From: a virus
Lineage: Duplodnaviria; Heunggongvirae; Uroviricota; Caudoviricetes
IMG/VR virus record: IMGVR_UViG_3300035208_002255
Coordinates: 128,001 to 169,027 of that record
Strand: one strand, 5' to 3'
Length of the DNA: 41,027 nt
Below, one piece after another: positions 1 through 9,300 of the stretch. Made by a program: the position numbers and the translations under genes. A model generated the notes under the pieces. It did no database searches. It saw only the letters and a list, made by a program, of their open reading frames with translations, and was not told where the DNA came from. Every line of letters starts with the position of its first letter. The stretch's first letter is position 1.

Positions 1-2
1 TT

Positions 3-833
3 ATGGTGGAAGCCAAAGAAGCTGGTAAGCCGCTCGATGGATACAGTGAGCAACTGGCTGATTACTTTGCAAAAGAAGTCAGTGTAAAAATCGGAATTCT
101 AACCAATGGTGTTCATTGGAAATTCTTCGTTGACAACAACCATCCAAACATAATGGATCGTGAGCCTTTTGCGGAGTGGGATGTATTGAAAGACCCACCT
201 CCAATTGAGGTTATCACTCTTCTTCAAAAGAAATCTCTAAATTTCGAGCTTGTCAAGTCATATGCCAATCGCAAAATCTTTCAGAACCTGCTGATTGGTG
301 AAATCAGTAGACTTCTCGAACCGAGTTCCGAGTTTACGAAGTTAGCAGTTGCTAATATCGAAACGCGAAACCTCACACCATCGGTTCTTGAACATTGGAA
401 GCCAATTGTTACTGGAGCAATTCGGGAGTGGGCGGCAAAGAAAGTAATTAATACCACGCTGGAATCAGTTGACATCACTGCAGAATCATCCGAGAAGTCA
501 AAAATCGTAACCACAAAAGAAGAGCTTGAGTTTTTTGAGGTTGTTAGTAAAATTCTTGGTAACGAACGTCCGTGTGAATATGAAGACTCGCAGCAATACT
601 TCAAGATCAATGTATCAAACTCAAATGTGAAACGTTCGTCGTTTGTTAGGCTTCAAATAACGTCACGGAACATCTGGGTTTCGGTTCCGCTTTCTGTAGA
701 CGAAACTAGAAAGTTTGTTCCAGAAAAAGATGTGTTAACAAACAACGGATGGAGTAGACTCTCTATCGAATCAATTAACAACATTGGTGATTTGGTTTTG
801 TTGCTAGTTGCTGCTTATGACAGCGTGAAGTGA
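3..833 (+). CDS. Type I restriction HsdR N-terminal-like (PD-(D/E)XK) nuclease domain protein, probably 5'-truncated by the window edge
   Basis: VEAK...QLADYF...GILTNGVHWKFF matches the E-x-K, QxxxY and ILTNG motifs of HSDR_N-like proteins. Confidence 0.7.
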   Translation: MVEAKEAGKPLDGYSEQLADYFAKEVSVKIGILTNGVHWKFFVDNNHPNIMDREPFAEWDVLKDPPPIEVITLLQKKSLNFELVKSYANRKIFQNLLIGEISRLLEPSSEFTKLAVANIETRNLTPSVLEHWKPIVTGAIREWAAKKVINTTLESVDITAESSEKSKIVTTKEELEFFEVVSKILGNERPCEYEDSQQYFKINVSNSNVKRSSFVRLQITSRNIWVSVPLSVDETRKFVPEKDVLTNNGWSRLSIESINNIGDLVLLLVAAYDSVK

Positions 834-860
834 ACGATGCTTCCGAGGCACTGTACGAAA

Positions 861-889
861 GGGCTCGGCGAGAAATCGTCGGGCCTTTT
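861..889 (+). terminator. Intrinsic terminator
   Basis: GGGCTCGGCGA-GAAA-TCGTCGGGCCT stem followed by a T run, just after the stop at 833. Confidence 0.7.
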
Positions 890-901
890 CTACGAGGGAA
901 T

Positions 902-1354
902 ATGAAAAATCAAGGTACACAAGGCACACGATCTTTGGGTGAAGTTTTCTACACAATTGGTGGTATCAGCATCACTGTTGAACAAGTGATGGACTTGTTA
1001 CTTGGAGCGCTTGAGGGCGGCTCGAATTACTGGTACTACATTCCAGGCTTTCAAGAACCAAGCGATATGTCAAAAGTTCCGGCTGGCGAGTTCAATTCGG
1101 TAGAACTTTGCGCATGGAGCGATGGTCACATCAAGATTTGTGACAAAGAAGCTTTCTACGATCACCAATCCGGAAACTCTCAAGAGGAACCACAGCGTTG
1201 GATTCTTAATGAAGAAGCGATGAAGAAGGGTCTTGACCTGATGCACAATCAACACATCAAGCATTTCGCTGACTTCGTTATTGGTGATGGCGATGCAAAC
1301 ACGGCAGATGTATTTCTGCAAATGTGTTTGTTTGGCGAACTTGTGTACGGCTAA
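902..1354 (+). CDS. Hypothetical phage protein
   Basis: ORF ending DANTADVFLQMCLFGELVYG; ATG 902 preferred because it follows the terminator and GAGGG. Confidence 0.75.
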   Translation: MKNQGTQGTRSLGEVFYTIGGISITVEQVMDLLLGALEGGSNYWYYIPGFQEPSDMSKVPAGEFNSVELCAWSDGHIKICDKEAFYDHQSGNSQEEPQRWILNEEAMKKGLDLMHNQHIKHFADFVIGDGDANTADVFLQMCLFGELVYG

Positions 1355-1367
1355 AGGATTGTGAAAC

Positions 1368-2693
1368 ATGGCAAAATACGAACTGAGTATCAAAGCGAGT
1401 TATCTTCCTGGCTGGGGAGTTTTTGAAGGAATCAGAGAGATTGTGGCTAATGCCCGTGACGCTGAAGTTCAACAAAATGCTCCGATGGGGATCAAATACG
1501 CCAAGCGTGTTCGGAACAAAAAAGAAACAGGATCTATTGTAATTGTTAACAATGGAACGACCCTACCTACTGAAGCTCTTTTGGTTGGTTATACAACTAA
1601 GGTTGGTGATTCAAGACTAATTGGACGTTTTGGAGAGGGAATCAAAGGAGGTATTCTTGCTCTGCTTCGGTGTGGAGTTGATATTAAAATCCGAAACGGT
1701 TCTGAGGTGTGGATACCGAGCATTGAGCACTCTGACAAGTTCAACGCTGATGTTCTTGTGTTCAATGTAACGAAGGAACACAAGGAAGAGAACAGAGTTC
1801 AGTTCGAGATTATTGGGGTAGATGAAGCTGACTGGAAAACAATTTCGGAACGATTGCTGTTCATTGGTGAGTATCCCGAGGCAATCAAGGTTTCTGGAGG
1901 AAACATACTCACATCACCTCGCTACAAGGGACAGATTTTCGTCAAGGGTATGTTTGTAGCTCAAACAAATTCTGCTTTCGGATATGACTTTGAAGATGCA
2001 GATATTGACCGTGACAGACGTATGGTAAATGATTTGAGTGAGAAAACATCAAATCTCTTAGCCGGTGCGGTTAACGATGGTCATCTTGTATCTATGGTTT
2101 TTACAATGATGCAAGATGGTTCTGAGGAAGTTGGGTACATAAGTTCTTGGCGATTAAATGAAAAAGGTCGCAAAGCGATTGCTCAAGAATTCCAGCGCAA
2201 TAATCCTGGTGTGATTCCTGTTGAACGGGATGATCAAGTAAAAGAGCTAGAATCCTATGGTAAGAAAGCAAGGCAAGTACCATGGGGAATGCGAAACATC
2301 CTAGAAACAGAACTTGGTTCCGCTGCGAACGTTCTGGTAGAGCTTAGACGTTCTGAAAAGACGTTGTACAGTATCGGAGATTTAGAACAGGATGAACGAG
2401 ACAATCTTCGTAAGGTTGTTTCAATGACTGGCCGGGCTTGTCAGAAGCTTGCTGAGAACGTTGTATCCCTGGATGATGTTATGGTTGTGGATTTCCACAC
2501 CAACGATCGTTTAGGAACCTATGATCCAAACACTGGTAAGGTTCGGTTGGCTCGAAAGATTCTGAAGTCCAAGGGCCAAGCGTTGTACACTTTCGTACAC
2601 GAGGTTGCTCACACTCATGGCGGAGATGGTGTTCGCTCTCACGAAGAGGCCATCGGTAATATCATGGAGAAGATTCTGGACGAATTGATGTAA
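1368..2693 (+). CDS. GHKL (Hsp90/MutL-type) ATPase fused to a C-terminal HExxH zincin-like domain
   Basis: IREIVANARDA (N-box), NNG, IGRFGEGIK (G-box); C-terminal FVHEVAHTHGGDGVRSHEE. Confidence 0.75.
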   Translation: MAKYELSIKASYLPGWGVFEGIREIVANARDAEVQQNAPMGIKYAKRVRNKKETGSIVIVNNGTTLPTEALLVGYTTKVGDSRLIGRFGEGIKGGILALLRCGVDIKIRNGSEVWIPSIEHSDKFNADVLVFNVTKEHKEENRVQFEIIGVDEADWKTISERLLFIGEYPEAIKVSGGNILTSPRYKGQIFVKGMFVAQTNSAFGYDFEDADIDRDRRMVNDLSEKTSNLLAGAVNDGHLVSMVFTMMQDGSEEVGYISSWRLNEKGRKAIAQEFQRNNPGVIPVERDDQVKELESYGKKARQVPWGMRNILETELGSAANVLVELRRSEKTLYSIGDLEQDERDNLRKVVSMTGRACQKLAENVVSLDDVMVVDFHTNDRLGTYDPNTGKVRLARKILKSKGQALYTFVHEVAHTHGGDGVRSHEEAIGNIMEKILDELM

Positions 2694-2697
2694 GGAT

Positions 2698-2722
2698 AGG
2701 GGACTTCGGTCCCTTTTCTTTT
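2698..2722 (+). terminator. Intrinsic terminator
   Basis: AGGGGAC-TTCG-GTCCCTT followed by TTCTTTT. Confidence 0.8.
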
Positions 2723-2737
2723 ACCAAAGAGGTTGTA

Positions 2738-3005
2738 ATGACATTGGTTCAACGAACAAAATTAACACTTCAGTTTCTCGCCGAGGACATCATCAACGAA
2801 ATCTCACTAGGGCGAACAGGTTCTTGCTTACGGACGTGACCGTAATGATAGAGATTGCAAGGCAGAGAATCACGGAGATGATTGGCCTGATACGGGATTG
2901 TACCAATACCTGTGGGAGAATGGAGCTTGGAAGTTCCGTTACACGGAATCTGGAAGGGGTCCAATTGATTGGGCTAAACTAACAAAACTCGTAACCGAGG
3001 AGTAA
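2738..3005 (+). pseudogene. Frameshifted phage gene (one extra G at ~2810-2812)
   Basis: SD GAGG + ATG 2738 reads ...EISLG; the +1 frame continues EQVLAYGRDRND...WKFRY...EE to TAA 3005; span 268 nt = 3n+1. Confidence 0.55.
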
Positions 3006-3008
3006 CAT

Positions 3009-3413
3009 ATGTACGAAGAACGATACGAAGAACGATACGAAGATAATAAGGATGATGAGCCCGAAGACATCGGAATTTCTTTGTCAGTACCTTTCGCTTT
3101 TATGAGTGAGAGGGGAATCATTGCCAAGGAAAACTTCCAATGTTGCACCACCTGTGGGTGTGCAGCAATAGAAGATGCTATCAAAGAAGATGGACATGAG
3201 TTCCATGGATGGTGTTTCTATCATGCACAGGATGATGAAGATCGTGCCCGTGGAAATAGCTTCTACCTCACGTATGGTTCAGTTAACAACAACGATGATG
3301 AGGCCAAGAAAGTCGGTGAGCAAATCGTTCAAATTCTGAAAGACCACAACGTCAAAACAGAATGGGATGGTAATGTTTCCCATCGAATTGAAGTGCTTCA
3401 GCGCACGCGATAA
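3009..3413 (+). CDS. DUF6891-like protein
   Basis: GIIAKENFQCCTTCG and FYHAQD motifs; SD GAGGAG. Confidence 0.65.
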   Translation: MYEERYEERYEDNKDDEPEDIGISLSVPFAFMSERGIIAKENFQCCTTCGCAAIEDAIKEDGHEFHGWCFYHAQDDEDRARGNSFYLTYGSVNNNDDEAKKVGEQIVQILKDHNVKTEWDGNVSHRIEVLQRTR

Positions 3414-3503
3414 CACGGGTGTGTGATAACCGCGCACCGGGTAGTCCGACCGCCGGGCCGATGCTTCCGAGGCACCGGGACTAAAAGAGAGCGGGACAAA
3501 ATC

Positions 3504-3695
3504 ATGAAACAAGAAACCATAAAGAGGATTGAATACTTGGCAGCTGCGCGGCGAGCCCAACTTGATTATAAGGCTAAATCTATGGTAATTGCCAAGGGTC
3601 GGCTAAGTAGGCGTCATGAGCGTCAAGCCAACCAACATGCGAGGAAGGCTAACCACCTGGCAAGTGAGATTATTTCCATCTTAGACATAGCATAA
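3504..3695 (+). CDS. Small basic hypothetical protein
   Basis: ATG 3504 (MKQETIK) within ORF 3423..3695. Confidence 0.55.
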   Translation: MKQETIKRIEYLAAARRAQLDYKAKSMVIAKGRLSRRHERQANQHARKANHLASEIISILDIA

Positions 3696-3800
3696 GAAAG
3701 TTTGTCTGTAGATTCTCGGGATGCAAATCCTGGACTTCCTTAAAGATTCCTGTAGATGAGAAATCTGATACAGAAAAATCTCAAGCGAGTAAAAAACCGA

Positions 3801-3829
3801 TTGACACTCTGAAGAACTCAGAGTAACCT
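3801..3829 (+). promoter_or_regulatory. Sigma70-type promoter with an inverted repeat in its spacer
   Basis: TTGACA-17-TAACCT with upstream A-tract; ACTCTGA-N5-TCAGAGT at 3806-3824. Confidence 0.7.
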
Positions 3830-3900
3830 TATCTTAGTTCAGTTACGCAATCATCACAACAACCGCCCAAAAGGCAAACGTACAAGAAAGAAACAACAAC

Positions 3901-4482
3901 ATGACCAAGACCAATACTAACACCACCGTTTCCACCATCCTCTCTACTCTGTCTCCTGCCGCTGCTGAGGCTCTTCGTTCGCACTTCCGTGAGGAAGCTG
4001 TTGCTGAGATCACCTCAACGCTTTCCGGTTCCGCTCCGAAGGCTCCGAAGCGTGCTGAGAATGCAGAGAAGGCAGAGAAGCGTGGGCAGAATCGTCAGCA
4101 CACGACTGATGGTACTAATCGTTCTGCATCTCAGTTCATCCGTGATTGTGGCGAAGATATGAGTGCGAAGGATGTGGTCGAGGCCGCTACTAAGGTCGGT
4201 CTCAACATTGAGGCTATGCTTGTCTACAATGTTCGGGCTCAGGCCAAGAAGAAGGTTGAGGAAGCCCTGAACACTGAGGAGACGGCCAAGAAGGATGCGG
4301 ATCGTAAGGCTAAGTTGCAGGAAAATGCGAAGAAGGCTCGTGATGCTCGACAGGTCAAGATTGCCGAGCGCAAAGCTGCTGAAGAGACGGCTACTGAGGT
4401 TGCAACTCCCGCTGAGGCTCCCGCTGAGGCTCCCGCTGAGGCTCCCGCTCCGAAGGCCAAGGGCAAGAAGAGTTCCAAGTAA
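3901..4482 (+). CDS. Ala/Lys/Glu-rich putative DNA-binding (nucleoid-like) protein
   Basis: Small helical core SASQFIR...SAKDVVEAATKVGL...VYNVR, PAEA tandem repeats, basic tail, strongly biased codons. Confidence 0.6.
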   Translation: MTKTNTNTTVSTILSTLSPAAAEALRSHFREEAVAEITSTLSGSAPKAPKRAENAEKAEKRGQNRQHTTDGTNRSASQFIRDCGEDMSAKDVVEAATKVGLNIEAMLVYNVRAQAKKKVEEALNTEETAKKDADRKAKLQENAKKARDARQVKIAERKAAEETATEVATPAEAPAEAPAEAPAPKAKGKKSSK

Positions 4483-4535
4483 TCCGGTTGCTTGGTCTCC
4501 AGTGATGATTGCACTCTAGTGCGTTGAATATGTTT

Positions 4536-4567
4536 CCATAGCGTAGTGGTTTTTCACTACGCTATGG
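4536..4567. terminator. Perfect 13-bp hairpin (terminator or processing site)
   Basis: CCATAGCGTAGTG-GTTTTT-CACTACGCTATGG. Confidence 0.55.
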
Positions 4568-4615
4568 GCATATCTACTACTTAGCTTGCAATTTAGAGGA
4601 GGAGTTAAGTAGCAA

Positions 4616-4888
4616 TTGGAGATAAACTTGCAACAACCAAAGATCAGTCAGCTTGACCAGCTCTTAATTGACGTAGGTTTTGCCGCACGTCAAAAATTTG
4701 GTAAGACGCCGTTTCGTGTTTGGTATGTAATGCTTAACGAAAAGGCGTGGAAAGGAATTGTCATTAATACTGCTAGCAAGATAAAACTAGCAGAGGGTCC
4801 GGTAAGATCAACACTTAATGGTTCTCTTGCTTCATTCAAGGCCCAGTTAGAGAAGAGCCCGACGAAGACGCTTAACAGCGGTTCTTGA
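4616..4888 (+). CDS. Hypothetical protein
   Basis: TTG start after GAGGAGGAG. Confidence 0.6.
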   Translation: MEINLQQPKISQLDQLLIDVGFAARQKFGKTPFRVWYVMLNEKAWKGIVINTASKIKLAEGPVRSTLNGSLASFKAQLEKSPTKTLNSGS

Positions 4889-4950
4889 TAAAAACCGTTA
4901 GCGAGATTGGCCGGTTTATCACCGGCTTTTTCAATTTCGTTGTGCAAAAC

Positions 4951-5697
4951 ATGGTGCAAAACATGATCGCAGCATTTACCCGAGTTTCTGGAAATGCGAA
5001 GACAGGTCCTATCCCGATCTCGATGACAGAACAAAAGTCTTGTCCTGACGTTTGTCCCTTCAAGGCTGGCAAGATGTGCTATCCGTACTTCTCTCCGCTT
5101 GGATTCATGTGGGAAGCGTTGGATACTGGTGGTTTCTACCCTGGTTCCAACCGTCGTAGTTCAACTCCCATATCTTGGGAAGAACTTTGTAGACAAGTGA
5201 GCAAGCTTCCAAGGGGACAAATCTGGCGGCACAACACGGCAGGTGATTTGCCTGGTGTAGGAAACGTGATTGACACTCAAAAGCTTGATGCTTTGGTACA
5301 AGCTAACAAGGGTCGTAATGGTTTCACGTACACTCACAAGCCTGTTGGTTACCGAGGTCAAGCGCTAGTTAATGCGAGAGCAATCTATGCAACCAATCGT
5401 CAAGGGTTCCGTATCAATCTGAGTGCGGATTCATTGAAGGAAGCTGATGAGCTTTTTGATTTGAAGATAGCTCCAGTTGTAGTAGTGATTCCTTCTGATG
5501 CTCCCAGGAAGTTGTACACTCCTAAAGGACGCTTGGTAATTGGATGTCCAGCTGAGCAGAAGGATGAGGATGGAAATCCTAGAATCCAATGTGACCGATG
5601 TCAGTTGTGTTCTAAGGAACGCAACGCGATCATCGGATTTCATTCACATGGAAAATCTGTAAAAAAAGTAAACGTTATGTTGAAAGTTATTCAGTGA
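4951..5697 (+). CDS. Conserved Cys-rich phage protein (gp88/DUF7227-like)
   Basis: SGNAKTGPIP, CPxxCP, RHNTAGDL, YTH, NLSAD, CxxCxLC motifs; start 4951 or 4963. Confidence 0.65.
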   Translation: MVQNMIAAFTRVSGNAKTGPIPISMTEQKSCPDVCPFKAGKMCYPYFSPLGFMWEALDTGGFYPGSNRRSSTPISWEELCRQVSKLPRGQIWRHNTAGDLPGVGNVIDTQKLDALVQANKGRNGFTYTHKPVGYRGQALVNARAIYATNRQGFRINLSADSLKEADELFDLKIAPVVVVIPSDAPRKLYTPKGRLVIGCPAEQKDEDGNPRIQCDRCQLCSKERNAIIGFHSHGKSVKKVNVMLKVIQ

Positions 5698-5799
5698 ACT
5701 ACCCCTATCTTCAAAGTATGCCGTGAAGATTTTCAATCAGTAATTCTGACTTAAATAGTGGCCCTGGGAAACCAGGGCTGCTTCTTTACCAAAGGAACT

Positions 5800-6159
5800 A
5801 TGTCAAGAGCTGAACCTCTAATTACATACGATTTAGTAACCGAAGAATCCGCAATTGACGGAGATGTTGCCGAGCGGGGTACGGTACATCTTTTCTTTAG
5901 AGAAGCGTTCATTGAACCAATGGACCCTGAGATTATTGGGGAACAAGCTAAAGCGTATCTGGAAGATAAGACTACAGATACAATGGACTGCATTCGTTGG
6001 ATGAGGAATCGATCCTCTTGGCGAGATTCTGGTAATGGGTCTTATTACGATGAGACCGAAGAGCGAACAGATGAAGGTGTTGTTACCTACGCAGTTCACT
6101 TTGGAAGATCAAGAACAAATCTTCTGAAGATGGCTGGGGTTAACATAGAGAAAGGATAG
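5800..6159 (+). CDS. Hypothetical protein
   Basis: AAGGA + ATG 5800, after hairpin 5760-5779. Confidence 0.65.
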   Translation: MSRAEPLITYDLVTEESAIDGDVAERGTVHLFFREAFIEPMDPEIIGEQAKAYLEDKTTDTMDCIRWMRNRSSWRDSGNGSYYDETEERTDEGVVTYAVHFGRSRTNLLKMAGVNIEKG

Positions 6160-6173
6160 TTAGGGACAGTACA

Positions 6174-6389
6174 ATGAAAACCAAATTCTACGCAGTAACA
6201 AATGCCAACGGCCTAATTTCCCAGGAACTACAGGCTTCTTCTAAGGAAGAGGCGATTAAAGAAGTCAAGAACGCGGTTGCTGATCGAGCAGCAATTTCTT
6301 GGATCGATGACAATCAGACAGATCTGGAAGATGCATGTGGCGTCAGCTGCAATGACATGAGTTACGACGAGGCCCTCGCATGCTCATAG
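6174..6389 (+). CDS. Hypothetical protein
   Basis: ORF track, operon-like packing. Confidence 0.6.
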   Translation: MKTKFYAVTNANGLISQELQASSKEEAIKEVKNAVADRAAISWIDDNQTDLEDACGVSCNDMSYDEALACS

Positions 6390-6398
6390 AAACAAAAC

Positions 6399-6692
6399 AT
6401 GATTGATATCAAAGAAAAACTTCAGGTAGATATTTCTGAAGAGGGGTTAGAATTCCTCACACTAAACAATGGAGTTGTTGAAACAACAGAACACTTTGAT
6501 GACTCCCATGAGCAGAAAGAGTTGTTCCATGAGTTTTCATTGGTTCAACTAGCGTTAGAGAGTGGTCGCGTCAAGGTTTCGGAAGATGGTAAAACCGCTC
6601 AGATTACAATCACTATACCGGTGAGATTGAACTGTGGTTGTTCAAGTATAAGATCACAAATCTCAAAAATTATAACTGATATTGACAAGTGA
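6399..6692 (+). CDS. Hypothetical protein
   Basis: ORF track, operon-like packing. Confidence 0.6.
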   Translation: MIDIKEKLQVDISEEGLEFLTLNNGVVETTEHFDDSHEQKELFHEFSLVQLALESGRVKVSEDGKTAQITITIPVRLNCGCSSIRSQISKIITDIDK

Positions 6693-6706
6693 TCTAGGAG
6701 TTCCAA

Positions 6707-8881
6707 ATGATTGTAAACCGATACCCTGGCAAGTGTCAGAATTGTGGAAAACCCCTGGCCCAGGGTGAAGGGTTTGCATACAAGAACGATTTCAAATGGT
6801 TCTCGGTGTGCAGCTCTTCAGCTTGTCATCGTAAACTTGGACTTCAAGCTCCAGGTCCTGAAACCAAACCAATCCGAACGCTGAGTGATGACGGCTTTGT
6901 TACGATGCCGTATGACTCTGCAGCGATTCCGTTGCTTCGGTCAATGCCAGGTGCTAGATGGGTTCCAGAGAATAAGCAATGGAAAGTTAGTACAGAGACC
7001 AAAGACCTTCGCCGAGTTCTTGAGATTGCAGACCAACTCCAATTGGAAGTGTCTGATGTTTTCAGGCATCTAGCAGCTGAAGGAACTCCGGAGTCCCGAG
7101 AAGCAATTAAGAGAGCTGAGCGCAAACGTGCTGATGGTGCAGAGCTGTTCCTTTACCAAAAGGTTGGTGTGGAATTCTTAGCTTTGCATGACCGGGCTCT
7201 GCTCGCAGATCAGATGGGACTAGGAAAAACGGTCCAAGCTTTGGTTGCATTGCCAGAGAATGCACGAGTCATCTTGATTGCACCAGCGGCGGTGAAGTAC
7301 AACTGGGCAGATGAGGCTCAGCAGTGGCGTCCTGATTACAAGATTCATATCTGCAATGGTAAGAACTCTTTCAAGATGCCTGAGCGTGGTGAAATTACGA
7401 TTTTGAACTACGAGATTCTGCCTGACTGGCTGACTCCTAAAAAAGTTCCTGGTAAGAAATACGAGGAAGCCGTTCTAACAGAAGATCAGATTGCAATTCT
7501 GAAAGAAACGACATTGATTGCGGATGAAGCTCACCGCGTGAAACACTATAAAACTTCACGTTCTAAGAAAGTCACGCAGCTGTCCAAGATTTGTAAGCGA
7601 GTATGGTTCCTGACTGGTACGCCACTGATGAATCGTCCGCAAGATTTGTATGGCGTTCTTCAGGCTGGAAACATGAATGTCTTTGGTTCGTGGAACAAAT
7701 TCGTTGAGCTGTTCAACGGGTATCCAAACGGTTTTGGTGGGTACGAATTCGGTATTCCTTCTCCCGAAGTTCCTGAGAGAATGAAGCGAGTCATGCTTCG
7801 CCGTCTCAAGATTGAAGTTCTTAAAGATCTTCCTTCTAAGACTTACCAGAAGGTTGAGGTTTCCCTTGACAAGGAAACAATCAAGAGTCTTAATGAGTTC
7901 TTGATTGGTGAGGGAATCAAATCCAAGGATGAAGAAGCTATTCAGGCTGAGCTTGAAACAGCGGACCTTCCTGGGTTTGAGAAGTTCTCAGAGATTCGTG
8001 CTCTGTTAGCCAAGTCCCGCATCCCTGCTGTGTTGGAAATGGTTGAAGAGTATGAGGAAACTGAGACACCTCTGTTGGTATTCAGCGCTCACAAGGCACC
8101 TATCGAAGCGTTGAAGGATCGTGCGGGTTGGGCAATCATTACTGGTGATACATCTGCTGAAGAAAGATTCAACATTGTAAAGCTTTTCCAAGAAGGAAAG
8201 CTAAAGGGTGTTGGGTTGACTATTCAGGCAGGTGGTGTTGGTCTTACGCTCACACGAGCATCAAATGTATTGTTTGTGGATTTGGATTGGACACCTGCAA
8301 TGAACATTCAGGCGGAAGATCGCGCACACAGAATAAGTCAAAAAGATAATGTACTCATCAAGAGAATGGTTTCTAATCATCCCCTTGATAAGCACATACA
8401 GATGCTTCTGGAATGGAAGCTTCTGATAGCTCAGCAAGCCTTGGAAGCGAGTATCAAGTTCACTCCGTTGAAGCCCAGACCACTGGCCCAAGACATTAAT
8501 ATTGTCCAGGAAACGGATGAGGAGCTATCTGCTCGAATTGAGGCAGCTGAAAAGGAAGCGAATAAAGAGGAAGCCCTTGGAAAGCTCAGCAGGGTTCTAG
8601 GAAGGGAGTCGGTAAAGGTTAATGATGTTCCTGAGCCTGTTCTAACAAGTGGTCGTAAGGCTATGTTGATGGAGGCTTTGGATTACATGATTAGCCGATG
8701 CGATGGTGCTGAGACCCGAGATGGTATGGGATTCTCGAAACCCGATGCAGGAATGGCTCGTTGGATTGGTGCAAGTCTTACTTCGGGTGAGGATCTTCCG
8801 TTCCGAGTCTTGGAAAGAATCCTGTGTAGGTACCGACGGCAACTGAAAGGACATTTCGAGGAGATTTGGAAGCCTGAATGA
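6707..8881 (+). CDS. SNF2-family (SMARCAL1/HARP-like) helicase with N-terminal Zn ribbon
   Basis: LADQMGLGKT (motif I), IADEAH (II), LTGTP (III), GGVGLTLT (V), QAEDRAHRI (VI); N-terminal CxxC and PYD...PGARW HARP-like segment. Confidence 0.9.
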   Translation: MIVNRYPGKCQNCGKPLAQGEGFAYKNDFKWFSVCSSSACHRKLGLQAPGPETKPIRTLSDDGFVTMPYDSAAIPLLRSMPGARWVPENKQWKVSTETKDLRRVLEIADQLQLEVSDVFRHLAAEGTPESREAIKRAERKRADGAELFLYQKVGVEFLALHDRALLADQMGLGKTVQALVALPENARVILIAPAAVKYNWADEAQQWRPDYKIHICNGKNSFKMPERGEITILNYEILPDWLTPKKVPGKKYEEAVLTEDQIAILKETTLIADEAHRVKHYKTSRSKKVTQLSKICKRVWFLTGTPLMNRPQDLYGVLQAGNMNVFGSWNKFVELFNGYPNGFGGYEFGIPSPEVPERMKRVMLRRLKIEVLKDLPSKTYQKVEVSLDKETIKSLNEFLIGEGIKSKDEEAIQAELETADLPGFEKFSEIRALLAKSRIPAVLEMVEEYEETETPLLVFSAHKAPIEALKDRAGWAIITGDTSAEERFNIVKLFQEGKLKGVGLTIQAGGVGLTLTRASNVLFVDLDWTPAMNIQAEDRAHRISQKDNVLIKRMVSNHPLDKHIQMLLEWKLLIAQQALEASIKFTPLKPRPLAQDINIVQETDEELSARIEAAEKEANKEEALGKLSRVLGRESVKVNDVPEPVLTSGRKAMLMEALDYMISRCDGAETRDGMGFSKPDAGMARWIGASLTSGEDLPFRVLERILCRYRRQLKGHFEEIWKPE

Positions 8882-9300
8882 ATGCGAATCAGCTGTTTAA
8901 ACTAAGAGAGCTTGCAGCACTTACCAGACAGGAACTATCTCAGTTTGTTCAAAGGAATGAAGACTTTGACGATGACTGGTGTGGTTCCTGTCTGTTGTGT
9001 TCCTGGGTACTTAACAAAGTACTCAGGGCACACGGGTTCAATTCTGAGTTGTGTGTTGGTACGTACGATAAAATCTGTCATGCATTTGTAATGCTTGATG
9101 AGTACGTTGTAGATATCACAGCAACGCAATTCGAAAACCCAGAAGTGTTCATCGAAGTTTTCGAAGGTTCTGACTACAAAGTCAAAGCCAAGAGCGAGAA
9201 GATTTACAAAACAATCAGGAACTGGCCTGCTGAACAAATCCCAAAGACTTATAGAAGAGAGTTGAGTAGGATTTTCAGACGCATCATAGGTGGTAAATGA
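8878..9300 (+). CDS. Transglutaminase/papain-like fold protein
   Basis: GSC...HAFV...VVDITATQF Cys-His-Asp pattern. Confidence 0.5.
   Translation: MNANQLFKLRELAALTRQELSQFVQRNEDFDDDWCGSCLLCSWVLNKVLRAHGFNSELCVGTYDKICHAFVMLDEYVVDITATQFENPEVFIEVFEGSDYKVKAKSEKIYKTIRNWPAEQIPKTYRRELSRIFRRIIGGK

Noticed and set aside
4408-4450. Short tandem repeats (CCCGCTGAGGCT units; also 3012-3043 and 17550-17597)
   Set aside because: These are ordinary in-frame coding repeats (PAEA, YEER, SWNPDNKE) with no sign of a separate function.
6174-6692. TAG stop-codon reassignment (in-frame ORFs separated by TAG)
   Set aside because: Long conserved genes contain no in-frame TAG, several genes end cleanly at TAG, and no suppressor tRNA is present.
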